A DNA stretch of 64,000 bases, taken from an uncultured cyanobacterium (GTDB lineage Bacteria; Cyanobacteriota; Cyanobacteriia; Phormidesmidales; Phormidesmidaceae). Under the pieces are notes generated by a model. It searched no databases. It worked only from the letters and a program-made list of their open reading frames with translations, and was not told the DNA's origin. The position numbers and the translations under genes were made by a program. The DNA lies in NCBI GenBank assembly GCA_963793265.1, contig CAWBZI010000001.1, forward strand, positions 1,280,001 through 1,344,000. Direction: 5' to 3'. Positions 9,256-21,249 of the stretch are shown piece by piece (position 1 is the stretch's first letter; each line of letters begins with the position of its first letter).

Positions 9256-9274
9256 TGTTGCGTAACGTGCAACA
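9256..9274. promoter_or_regulatory. Palindromic operator candidate for HigA autoregulation
   Basis: TGTTGC-GTAACGT-GCAACA lies 14-32 bp upstream of the higB ATG. Confidence 0.55.
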
Positions 9275-9293
9275 GGCTTCAGACAGCACTGAA

Positions 9294-9326
9294 AAGGGTC
9301 TGGAAGATTTTACCTTCCAGACCCTT
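9294..9326 (-). terminator. Intrinsic terminator downstream of chlL
   Basis: Perfect 13-bp stem AAGGGTCTGGAAG/CTTCCAGACCCTT with a short U-tail on the minus strand. Confidence 0.75.
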
Positions 9327-9365
9327 GCGTTTCTATATTCCGCTACGTGTTCTTAGAGAACCACT

Positions 9366-10352
<987 letters not shown>

Positions 10353-10356
10353 TTAT

Positions 10357-12036
10357 CTATTTACCGATCGCTGCTTTGGCCTCGTAGAGCGTGTCTACTG
10401 TAATAGAAGAGATGCCGCGATCGCCTGCAAACTTCTCTGTGTTCCGCTTCACCTTGCCACGCACAAAGAAGGGAATCTTCTTTAGCTCAGCTAAGCCATC
10501 TGCACTCCAATTCACACCGTCTACTTCAACATCAGCATTGGGGACAGCTTCCGGCTCAGACCCCATCGCTTTAGCGTCGGAGTTCGCCGCAATTGGCGCA
10601 AAGTCGACGTTTGTTTCCTCGGCGGCGTGGGGCGCAGTATGCAAATGGCTCATATGGCCTTCTGCAAACTCAAAGTCCTCGCGGAACATCCCTATTAGAT
10701 GCTCCTCCAAACCCATCATTAATGGGTGAACCCAGTCATCAAAAATTACATTTGATCCTTCCCAGCCCATTTGGGGTGAGTAGCGAGCCGGAACATCCTG
10801 CACGTGAATTGGGGTAGAAATCACCGCGCAAGGAATGCCTAAACGTTTCGCAATGTGGCGCTCCATCTGGGTGCCGAGCACGAGTTCAGGCGCAGCTTCA
10901 GCAACCGCTTCTTCTACCGCTAAATAGTCATCACTGATCACCGCTTCAACGCCGTGCTGCTTAGCAACTTCTCTCACCTGGCGGGCGAACTTGCGGCTGT
11001 AGGTGCCGATGCCGACCAGAGTAAAGCCAAGCTCTTCAGTGGCGATTCTTGCAGCGGCGATCGCATGAGTCGCATCACCAAAAATAAACACCCGCTTACC
11101 CGTGAGATAAGTAGAATCTACCGAACGAGAATACCAGGGAAGCCGTGAAGCCCCTGCTGGCGCTGAAGAAGACAGACGAGAAGCGCCCCAGCTCCCTAAT
11201 GTATCTGCATGAGAACGCTCGATAGCACGGCTCACGTCAATGCCAGCGACTTCACCAATTTCGGCTAAGAAATCACGAGTCGCACCCACGCCAATCGGCA
11301 CCGTTTTTACAACCGGCTGATCAAAGTTGCGCTTTAGCCAGTCGCAAGTAGTCTGCGCGATCTCAGGATACAAACAGATATTGAAGTCTGCATCGGGCAT
11401 CCGCATCAAATCAGCAGGTGTCGCGCCTAAAGGTGCAACAACATTGGCATCTACACCGATTTCAGCTAATAGCTTCAACACTTCTTGAATGTCGTCGCGG
11501 CAGCGGAAGCCGAGCGCTGTCGGGCCAATAATGTTGGCCTTGGGTCGAATAACAGGATCGCGTGCGGGGCGCTTTACGCCTGGGGCGTAGGCTTTGTCGA
11601 GTAGGAGCGATCGCACCAAATGATACAGCGTCTCACTCGCCCCCCAATTCTCCTTTTTAGAATAAGCAGGCAGCTCCAGGCTCACAACCGGCACCGGCAG
11701 ACCCATACTTTTCGCCAAGGAGCCCGGCTGATCTTGAATCAGCTCCGCCGTACAGCTCTCGCCTACCAGCATTACATCCGGCTTAAACCGATCGTACGCT
11801 TCTTGCACAGAAGTCTTCACCATCTCTGCGGTATCACCCCCCAAATCTCTCGCCTGAAATGTGGTGTAGCTCACCGGAGGCCGCTTATCTCGGCGCTCAA
11901 TCATCGTAAACAACAAATCGGCGTAAGTGTCACCCTGGGGCGCATGAAGAACGTAATGCACGCCTTCCATCGAAGTTGCGATTCGCATTGTGCCAACGTG
12001 GGGTGGGCCTTCGTAAGTCCAGAGAGTCAGTTCCAT
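10357..12036 (-). CDS. chlB: DPOR subunit B (BchB/alpha-cyanobacterial type)
   Basis: [34 protein letters not shown] and GTQMERH; C-terminal PCP_red domain [18 protein letters not shown]. Start moved to ATG 12036. Confidence 0.96.
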   Translation of the reverse strand: MELTLWTYEGPPHVGTMRIATSMEGVHYVLHAPQGDTYADLLFTMIERRDKRPPVSYTTFQARDLGGDTAEMVKTSVQEAYDRFKPDVMLVGESCTAELIQDQPGSLAKSMGLPVPVVSLELPAYSKKENWGASETLYHLVRSLLLDKAYAPGVKRPARDPVIRPKANIIGPTALGFRCRDDIQEVLKLLAEIGVDANVVAPLGATPADLMRMPDADFNICLYPEIAQTTCDWLKRNFDQPVVKTVPIGVGATRDFLAEIGEVAGIDVSRAIERSHADTLGSWGASRLSSSAPAGASRLPWYSRSVDSTYLTGKRVFIFGDATHAIAAARIATEELGFTLVGIGTYSRKFARQVREVAKQHGVEAVISDDYLAVEEAVAEAAPELVLGTQMERHIAKRLGIPCAVISTPIHVQDVPARYSPQMGWEGSNVIFDDWVHPLMMGLEEHLIGMFREDFEFAEGHMSHLHTAPHAAEETNVDFAPIAANSDAKAMGSEPEAVPNADVEVDGVNWSADGLAELKKIPFFVRGKVKRNTEKFAGDRGISSITVDTLYEAKAAIGK

Positions 12037-12125
12037 AGTTAAAACGTAAAGGCTAAAACGTAAAGTTCGAGGAGGCAAATAGAAGAGAGAATCGATTCTT
12101 TGGGTTAGTCGCTACGAGCTAAGCG

Positions 12126-13487
<1,362 letters not shown>

Positions 13488-13756
13488 TTAATTCTCTGCT
13501 GGGCGATGCCCAATTTATTCGTTAGAGGAAGAATTTTCAGGCTCATCAAGCTGTACAAAATAGCGATGGCCGGAAGATTCACATGCAAACATCATAGACA
13601 GTCACCTTCGCACGGCGGGTAACTGACCTAGCTTTATTTACATTCAGCCATCAATGTTCACAATGGCCGCAAAAAATCGTTTAAATCAACAGATCAGCTA
13701 TAGATTTGAGCCATCAATTCATCGCATCAGCCACAAAATCCCGCCCAACGACAACT

Positions 13757-14016
13757 GTAGGGGCGTGAGGCTTTCATTGGTGTCAACTTAAGCATGTATC
13801 CCTTGTAGCGTGAGCTACCTAGCCCTTTAAAGACACAACTTAGTGACACCTCGGCAGCATAGTGCGTTTTCCCGAGGGGAGAAGGGAACCGGACTCTGAA
13901 GTCCTTCTCCCAAGGGGAGAAGGATTTAGGATGAGGGCTACGAAACGTATGCTAAACACCTATGACTGCAAGCATTTCAGCCTTAAGTTGACACCAATGA
14001 AGGCTTTACGCCCTTC
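13757..14016. mobile_element. MITE-like/dispersed repeat with terminal inverted repeats and a nested palindromic repeat
   Basis: Perfect IR CATTGGTGTCAACTTAAG at 13775-13792 and 13982-13999, extended outward by GGGCGTGAGGCTTT/AAGGCTTTACGCCC. Internal GGGAGAAGG...CCTTCTCCC...GGGAGAAGGATTTAGGATGAGGG element. No transposase. Confidence 0.75.
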
Positions 14017-14023
14017 GGCTGGC

Positions 14024-14302
14024 TTAATAATTATCGGCATACTCTTTTAGCAAGTCTGCATCAATATCTTCGTTATCTAAACTAATATCGCCTTCAGCCG
14101 AGAGTGTGCCAAAGTGACTCTCAAACCTTTTTCTAGCCACTTCTGAATCTACGCTGCTGTCGGAAGGCTTCGCATTACTCAGCAATCGCTGTTCTATCAA
14201 CGTAGCAGCGAGTCGCGCAGGCGGAACGCCAACTTCTGCGGCCTGCTGTTGAATGACCCGGAAAGCTTGTTCACTGAGTTCGAGTGTTAAAGTCTGACTC
14301 AC
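14024..14302 (-). CDS. Small hypothetical protein, antitoxin-like
   Basis: 92 aa; N-terminal TLTLELSEQ...QAA (ribbon-helix-helix-like) and acidic C-terminus DNEDIDADLLKEY. Confidence 0.6.
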   Translation of the reverse strand: MSQTLTLELSEQAFRVIQQQAAEVGVPPARLAATLIEQRLLSNAKPSDSSVDSEVARKRFESHFGTLSAEGDISLDNEDIDADLLKEYADNY

Positions 14303-14365
14303 GAGATTCGGTACAGAAGCCTCTGTACTCTAGAGATAGCCGTATTGTAACCATGCACTTCTCGA

Positions 14366-16116
14366 TCAACCATCCAGCAAAGCTTCTACAAATTCATAGC
14401 TAGAGAACGGACGAAGATCCTCAATACCTTCACCAGCACCAATAAACCGAATCGGAAGCCCAAGTTGCTGCACCACCGCTAACGCAACGCCACCTCTAGC
14501 CGTACCGTCTAACTTCGTGAGCACAACGCCGCTGAGCTGAGCGGCCTCAGCAAATACTTGAGCCTGGCGCAAACCGTTTTGGCCCAAAGTCGCATCCAAT
14601 ACAAGCAGCGATTCCACATTGGCATCGGGCGCTTTCTTATCAATAATCTTACGAACCTTAGACAGCTCATCCATCAAGTTCTTCTTATTCTGCAATCGCC
14701 CAGCCGTATCAATCAGCAATAGCTCCGTACCACGAGAATTTGCAGCACTGATCGCATCAAACACAACTGCTGCGGGATCTGTGTTCTGACCTGGGTTAGC
14801 AATCACCTCAACGCCGCTACGCTCGCCCCATACTTTCACCTGCTCCACCGCTGCCGCTCGAAACGTATCTGCCGCACCGATTAGGCACTTAAATCCAGAC
14901 TTGGTGGCGATGTGAGTGAGCTTGCCAATCGTGGTCGTTTTGCCTGCACCGTTTACCCCGGTCATCAGCCAAACGCTGAGCTTGTCTTTTTCAGGCGTGA
15001 AGGTAAGGTTGTGACCGCCGTCGAGTGGGGCATCGAGCATGTCGCGTAGGAGGGACTTTAGGTAGGCGATCGCCTGCTCCGGTGGCAAAGTCTCTTCTCG
15101 TAACCGCGCCTGCAATGAGCTAATAATCTTGTCAGTCGCCGCCACGCCCACATCGGCCTGCAACAGCAGCGACTCAATCTCCTCAACCGCCTCATCATTG
15201 AGAGGCCCCTGCCCCACAATCGACTTAAGCTGATTCACCAGCCCGCGACGGGTTTTATCCAAACCCTGACGCAGCTTATTGAGCCAGGTAATTTCTTCTA
15301 GCGATATCTGATCAGGCCGTCGCCCCTGAGAGGCCAGCACCTCAGCCGACCACAAAAAAGCTTCGTCCAGATCAATATCTAGTGGGACAAACTTCGGTTC
15401 AGGCGGTGCAGGTTCCGGCTCAGGTTCGGGCTCTACAATAGCCTCAGCCTGCAATCGCGCTAGGCGCTCCTCACGTTCTGCCTGTGCCTTGGCCCAAAAA
15501 GGTTGAGCGGGTGCAGGCTCCGAATCAGTAGAGTCCGCTTCAATAGAATCTACTGACTCAACCTCAGGCTCAGCGGGCTCTGGTTCAGTTGCTTCTGGTT
15601 CAGTTATCTCTGTCGTTTCAGAATAATCTGCTACGGCTACAGGTTCACTAACTTCTGGTTCGCTGACTTCGGTTTCACCAGCTTCCGATTCGACAGACTC
15701 AGACTCGGTGGCCTCAGGTTCGCTAGATTCAGCTTCAATAGGCTCAACATTAGCAGCAGATTCATCGGCCTCAGCTTCAGTCACTTCGGGCGCAGATTCG
15801 CTAGCTTCTGGTTCACTGACTTCAGGCGCAGATTCGCCAGCTTCTGGTTCACTGACTTCAGGCTCAACATTTTCAGGCATAGCGTTTCCGGTTCGCTGAC
15901 TTTAGCCTCTACTCCGCTAGAATCTGTCTCTTCAGCCTCGTCGTCAGCGCCTTTGCCCTGCCGCTCTTGAATATTTTGATAGGCTGCTTTGGCCCACTTT
16001 AGATAATCGTCAGGGCTGGCAGGCGTCTCTTCAACCGGTTCCTCTACGGGTTTCTCGTCCTCTTTAGGCTTTTCAGGCTCCTCGTAGCTGCGCTTGAACC
16101 AGTTGAAAGCTGCCAT
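14366..16116 (-). CDS. ftsY: SRP receptor FtsY, split by a 1-nt frameshift near 15885
   Basis: NG domain (GVNGAGKTTT, DTFRAAA, DTAGR, TKLDG) is in ORF 14366-15880. The cyanobacterial FtsY N-terminus (FNWFKR...DYLKWAKAAYQNIQ) is in ORF 15781-16116, in another frame. Confidence 0.9.
15752..15862 (-). repeat. Tandem 36-bp coding repeats in the FtsY acidic domain
   Basis: EVSEPEAGESAP / EVSEPEASESAP / EVTEAEADESAA. Confidence 0.85.
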
Positions 16117-16207
16117 GTCCCTTACTCTCTTGATTTGAAAACTTGCTTGGAAAAAATCACTACATCTTTAAAAGATTAGCGCGACACAGGGATGCCTAGA
16201 AACTTGC

Positions 16208-17077
16208 CTAAACATTGGCGGTATCTAACCTATCGGTCGCCCGACGCAGCACACCATTAATAAAGCGGTAGCCCGCTTCGTCGCTGTAGCGCTTCGCCAT
16301 CTCAATGGCTTCGTCAATCGCGACCTTAGTCGGCACTTTCATATAGACAATTTCCAGCATAGCCAGGCGCAAAATGTCGCGATCGACTCGAGCAAGCCTG
16401 CGCATGTTCCACTTTTCCATCGCTTCGTCTAGCTGACGGTCAATGGTGCGCCAGTGGCTAATCCAGTTGTACAGAAGCTCGCAGGCATAGCTACGAACGT
16501 CTTTATGGTCAATAATTTTAGAGAAGCTACCGGGTTCTAAAGATGCCTGAAGCTTCGAGATCACTGAACGGGTAAGGGCGATCGCGAGCTGAATTTCCTT
16601 TCTAGCATCATCAATATCCGCCGTCCGCTGCTCAAAATCAACCAATAGCTGATCGCCTTTCTCTACCTGAGCCGAAGCCGACATCAGCTCATTTCTCGCA
16701 GCGATAATCTTTTGCTTGTCACCCTGCTGCGCAAAAATCAGCAGCTCTAACGCCTCACCGGCCTGGTTGATGGCTGACTGAACCAGTGGAAAAGCCGGTT
16801 GTATACGCGATCGCACCTCATCACGCTCAATCGTCCGCGTTTCACTCTCCAAAATAAACCGCTCGCCGCGCTGCAACTCACCGTCCGCCGTAGCTAGCGT
16901 TTCCCCTGCATCTGCACTCAGCGCCTTTAGCGCCTTCATCAGTAGCGCGTCAAGCTGTTTGGCGGCAAGAGGTTGCCCTCTATCCTTTCCAGTAGAGGCC
17001 ATTACCTTGTCGGGGTTGTCAGTGAGCTGACTAATGCCCAACAAAGCCAATTCGCGGGCAATAGATCGCGCTTTCAT
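16208..17077 (-). CDS. nusB: Transcription antitermination factor NusB (long form)
   Basis: ARSIARELAL at the N-terminus; RVDRDILRLA, VAIDEAIEMAKRYS and FINGVLR at the C-terminus. Confidence 0.92.
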   Translation of the reverse strand: MKARSIARELALLGISQLTDNPDKVMASTGKDRGQPLAAKQLDALLMKALKALSADAGETLATADGELQRGERFILESETRTIERDEVRSRIQPAFPLVQSAINQAGEALELLIFAQQGDKQKIIAARNELMSASAQVEKGDQLLVDFEQRTADIDDARKEIQLAIALTRSVISKLQASLEPGSFSKIIDHKDVRSYACELLYNWISHWRTIDRQLDEAMEKWNMRRLARVDRDILRLAMLEIVYMKVPTKVAIDEAIEMAKRYSDEAGYRFINGVLRRATDRLDTANV

Positions 17078-17133
17078 GAAATACCGTAGCTGTGGAGTTC
17101 AGCCATTTTATCAGTCTTCTTAGATTTCACGCC

Positions 17134-17886
17134 TCAACTTACGACCGTTTCAGCCGGTAGCTCAGAAGGCGGAATCGGCTCGGAAATGCTGGGGCGATCG
17201 CCCTGAATCTCAGCCGCCAAATTAGGCCCAACAATACCCCCCGAAAGCAGCACCTTAAAGGCATCTTCAATCGAGATAGATAGGTTGAGCACCTCGTCTT
17301 CAGAGACAATTGAATACCAGCCGCTCGTTGGGTTAGGCGTCGTCGGAATGAAAACGCTGATCATTTTATTGGGCGTATCGGCAACGGCCACACCTGTGAC
17401 GAAGGCGATCGCCCACAGCCCCCGCCTGGGATATTCAATGAGCACCACCCGTCGAAAGCGACTTTTAGAATCTTGAAAAACGGTTTGGATAAGCTGCTGA
17501 AGCGTTTTGTATACCGAGCCTGCTAGGGGGATAGATTGGACGATGCGATCGCCCACATCCAGCAGCCAGCGCCCGGCAAAATTACGCGCCATCAGGCCAA
17601 TGAGCAAAATGCTCAGCAGCGGGATCGCAAAGCCGATCCCCAAGTTAATCAGCCACCTTAAAGCCGGAGTCAGCTCAGTAAAAGGATTGAGCTGCTTAGG
17701 AAAGCGTGTGATGAATTGAACAACCCAAATGGCGACGTTGATGGTAAGCCAAATCGTTGTGGCTAGCGGAATGATTACCACTAAGCCTGCAATAAAGTCG
17801 TTCTTAATGTCTTGCTTAAACTTTTGCAGCACAGCCACCCGTCTTGAAAGTTCTTGAGTCATATCGCCGGTTGCGATCGCATTCAA
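17134..17886 (-). CDS. DUF502 family membrane protein
   Basis: NDFIAGLVVIIPLATTIW, VVLIEYPRRG and FIPTTPNPTSG. True start may be GTG near 17832. Confidence 0.88.
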   Translation of the reverse strand: MNAIATGDMTQELSRRVAVLQKFKQDIKNDFIAGLVVIIPLATTIWLTINVAIWVVQFITRFPKQLNPFTELTPALRWLINLGIGFAIPLLSILLIGLMARNFAGRWLLDVGDRIVQSIPLAGSVYKTLQQLIQTVFQDSKSRFRRVVLIEYPRRGLWAIAFVTGVAVADTPNKMISVFIPTTPNPTSGWYSIVSEDEVLNLSISIEDAFKVLLSGGIVGPNLAAEIQGDRPSISEPIPPSELPAETVVS

Positions 17887-18024
17887 ATCATCTGGGATCG
17901 CGAAGCAGCAAGCCTTGTGTTCCCGTTTTTACGGATACATGGCGCAATTATATCAACTATCTCAGGTGTATTTTCCTAGATTTATGCCGTCTCTTATACG
18001 GTTATCTGCGACACCAAAAAGACG

Positions 18025-19494
18025 CTAAAGCGCTAGAACCTGCCTTGCCAAATTCAGATAAATTAAAACGCCTATCACGTCCACAATCGTTGTAATAAAA
18101 GGCGCAGACATCAAAGCGGGATCAAGCCCAAAAGATTGAAACAAGAAAGGCAAGCCCGCCCCTGCACTCGACGCCAAAATAGAGATCCCCACCAGCGAAA
18201 CGCCGACAACAATGGCAACCGGCAGCGCCGAAGGCGTCCCCCCTTGCAAAAAGTAAGCCCAGGCAGTGACCACAATACCGAGCATTAAGCCTAAAAAAGC
18301 GCCCGCAGTCGCCTCGCGCCGAATTACCTGAGCCGCATCTTTTATCTTCAGCTCATCGGTATTCAGCCCGCGAATTACTACCGTCGAAGACTGCGCGCCT
18401 ACGTTACCACCCGTACCAATCAGCAGTGGAATAAACGCTGCCAGCACCACCACGCTCTGCAAAATATCCTGCTGCGAGCGAATTACCGCCGCCGTCACCG
18501 TATTTGTAATCAGCAGCACCGACAGCCACACCACCCGCTTACGCGCCACATCGAGCAAATTACTCTGGAAATAATTGTCCCCGCCCGACTGCACACCGCC
18601 CAGCGTATAAATATCCTCAGTCGCCTCAGCTTCTAAAATATCAATCACATCATCCACGGTGATAATCCCCACCAGTCGATTTTCGGTATCAACCACTGGC
18701 ACCGCCAAAAAGTCGTAGCGCTGAATAATCCGCGCGACCTCTTCCTGATCAGCGCTCGTCTGCACCGACACCACCTCGCGCGTCATAATTTCGCCAATGC
18801 TCTGCTCCGCCTGACCCACGACCAACTGCCGCAGCGACAAAATTCCTGTGAGTCGCCGGTCAGCGTTCGTCACAAATAGGTAGTAGACCGTTTCGCTTAG
18901 CGCTGCCTGAGCCCGGATATGATCCAAAGCCCTCGCTACCGTCCAGTTTTCTTTAAGCGCCACATACTCAGGCGTCATAATCCGCCCTGCTGTTTGCGCT
19001 TCGTAGCCCAGCAGCAGCGCCGTCGCCTGTCGTTCTTGGGCGCTTAGCTGCTCTAGCAAACGGCGCACGATCTTTGCAGGTAGCTCGTCAAATAAACGCA
19101 CCCGGTCATCGGGCGACATTTTATCGACAATATCAATCAAGTCCTGCCGCTTAAATTCTTCGATGAGCGCCTGCTGCACTGAAGAGTCGAGATGTTCGTA
19201 AACTTCAATTGCTTCGTTTTTAGCAATCAGACGAAAGGCGATCGCCTGCATCGTCTCCGGCAGTCCTTCAATCGCCTCAGCCACATCGGCAGGCTGCACC
19301 GGCACTAGCAGCGCCTTAGCACCGCGAAAATTGTCCTGCTCTAAAAGTGCCTGCAGCTGCGATCGCACCAGTTCAGTCAGCTCATGACGAGAAAATGTCT
19401 GAGCTTTTGCTGTAGATTCACTATTCGGCAAAGCTAAAGCCCCTATGCGACGACGTTCCAAAAGCAGTCTACTGTTGCTCGCAGCGCTCAACAC
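18025..19494 (-). CDS. mgtE: Magnesium transporter MgtE
   Basis: TAGRIMTPEY, CBS pair, GGNVGAQS and DPALMSAPFITTIVD. Start is probably downstream of 19494. Confidence 0.94.
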   Translation of the reverse strand: MLSAASNSRLLLERRRIGALALPNSESTAKAQTFSRHELTELVRSQLQALLEQDNFRGAKALLVPVQPADVAEAIEGLPETMQAIAFRLIAKNEAIEVYEHLDSSVQQALIEEFKRQDLIDIVDKMSPDDRVRLFDELPAKIVRRLLEQLSAQERQATALLLGYEAQTAGRIMTPEYVALKENWTVARALDHIRAQAALSETVYYLFVTNADRRLTGILSLRQLVVGQAEQSIGEIMTREVVSVQTSADQEEVARIIQRYDFLAVPVVDTENRLVGIITVDDVIDILEAEATEDIYTLGGVQSGGDNYFQSNLLDVARKRVVWLSVLLITNTVTAAVIRSQQDILQSVVVLAAFIPLLIGTGGNVGAQSSTVVIRGLNTDELKIKDAAQVIRREATAGAFLGLMLGIVVTAWAYFLQGGTPSALPVAIVVGVSLVGISILASSAGAGLPFLFQSFGLDPALMSAPFITTIVDVIGVLIYLNLARQVLAL

Positions 19495-19602
19495 TGCTTC
19501 CCAATAGCCCTTTCAAATGTTATATACCGCCGCCGCCGTAAAAAACCAAGGTTCCAGAGTTAGGACGTTTCGCGATCGCCTCTCCACCGCTTATCCCAGC
19601 CC

Positions 19603-20865
19603 TCAGGCAAAACTCGTCAGGTCTTCATCAGGCAGCGTAGGCAGCACTGCTGTTAGTCCCGAAGGCGACTGAAAAGCAACCAGCTTATCGTTTTGGCTAT
19701 CTACATCCGTTCCCGCCATACCCGCCGGAACGGCATGATTAATCGCGAGCTTTTGAGGGGTACTCCTTGGCGATTCGGCAGGGCCACTGTAGTAGCAGCG
19801 CTTCGGCTCTAGTGAAACTAGGCCCTCGGCAGAATTGATGACAGCGCGATCGCGTCCCCGCAGCTTAGCCGTATAGAGCGCCTCATCCGCCCCATGAATT
19901 AGCACCTCATAATTGTGCTGCGAGCTATCCGGCTCTAGCGTACAAATGCCCACGCTCAGGCTCACAAAAGGCTTTATCAAAGACGACCGATGCGGCACCT
20001 GTGCTCGCGCTAGCTCCGACTGCACCGCCAAAGCCACCTGCTTAGCCCCGTTAGCATCTGTTGCTGGCAGCAAAATAGCGAACTCCTCGCCACCATAGCG
20101 AGCCACCTGATCGCTCTGCCGATGCGCGCCTCGCACCAGCGCTTCAGCCACCGCCTGCAAACACACGTCGCCTGCCGGGTGTCCGTAAGTATCGTTGTAT
20201 CGCTTGAAATAATCGATATCACACAGTAATAGAGAAATCGGCAGTCCCTCATCGATTGACTGCTGCCAAACTTGAGACAGCTTTTCATTGAAGCTACGGC
20301 GGTTCGCAACCTGAGTGAGCCCGTCAGTAAACGCCATCCGCTGCAAAGCCAGGTTTTCTCTAGCCAGTGAAGCCTGAGACGCTTCCTGCTGCCGCAGAAT
20401 ATGGTTAAAAGACCAAATCTTTTGATGCAAACTAGCCTTCTCCGCTTCCAAAGAGCGCACTAGCTTCACCGCTCGCAAGTGGCGCTCAAGCCGCAGCCAG
20501 CATTCCTCTGCACTCATCGGAAGCTGTAAATAGTCATTACCGCCGCACCGCAGCGCGCTTACCAGTTCAAAATTTTCGGCGCGCGTACCCACAAACACGA
20601 CTGGCACCATACTGGTTCGAGGCAGCTTGCGCAGAATCCTACAGAATTCGTACCCCTCATCACCCGCCGCCTGCAAATAGACGATTAGCAAATCCGGTAC
20701 GCTCTCTAAAACCGCCTCTAAAGCCTGCGTCTCAGTACTTACAGATATTGTCTGATAGCCATGCTGTTGCAGAGAAGGCAGTAGCGATCGCGCCTCACTT
20801 ATTACGTCGGCACTTTGCCAGACCAAGACAGTTCCCACAGACAGCGAGGCGAGTAGATGAGTCAT
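19603..20865 (-). CDS. Diguanylate cyclase with N-terminal degenerate receiver domain
   Basis: DGLTQVANRR, DIDYFKRYNDTYGHPAGD, RQSD I-site and RYGGEEF active site. Confidence 0.9.
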   Translation of the reverse strand: MTHLLASLSVGTVLVWQSADVISEARSLLPSLQQHGYQTISVSTETQALEAVLESVPDLLIVYLQAAGDEGYEFCRILRKLPRTSMVPVVFVGTRAENFELVSALRCGGNDYLQLPMSAEECWLRLERHLRAVKLVRSLEAEKASLHQKIWSFNHILRQQEASQASLARENLALQRMAFTDGLTQVANRRSFNEKLSQVWQQSIDEGLPISLLLCDIDYFKRYNDTYGHPAGDVCLQAVAEALVRGAHRQSDQVARYGGEEFAILLPATDANGAKQVALAVQSELARAQVPHRSSLIKPFVSLSVGICTLEPDSSQHNYEVLIHGADEALYTAKLRGRDRAVINSAEGLVSLEPKRCYYSGPAESPRSTPQKLAINHAVPAGMAGTDVDSQNDKLVAFQSPSGLTAVLPTLPDEDLTSFA

Positions 20866-21249
20866 AAAAGCAAATGATTAAATGAAAAGCCGAAAATGAG
20901 TCAAAACGTTTTGTAAAGATTATTTTCCCTGGTAAAAACCTATCAATAACCGTTGATATGCGGTTCCGTAAAAACACGAACTCATCGCTGGCAAACGTTC
21001 TCAGCATCCTCCTTTTTTCCAGATCCCACAGGCGAGATCGGCCTAGTAATGCCTATTTTCAAGAATTCAATCCGTGCTTGCACCTGATTCTGTAGAGATT
21101 ATAAAGAGTAAATTGTGAGAGAAGAATAAGCCCCTGCTGAGTGGCTCAAAACCGAGAAAAAGGCGTGCACGTAATACAGGTCGTTGACAGTTTAAGCAAA
21201 GTGAGCAGAGGCTCAAATTGTAATTATTTATCAGCTAGCAAAGCGTTTG

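Noticed and set aside
13862..14050. 62-aa ORF inside the repeat element
   Set aside because: It is a translation of palindromic repeat DNA with no protein-like features.
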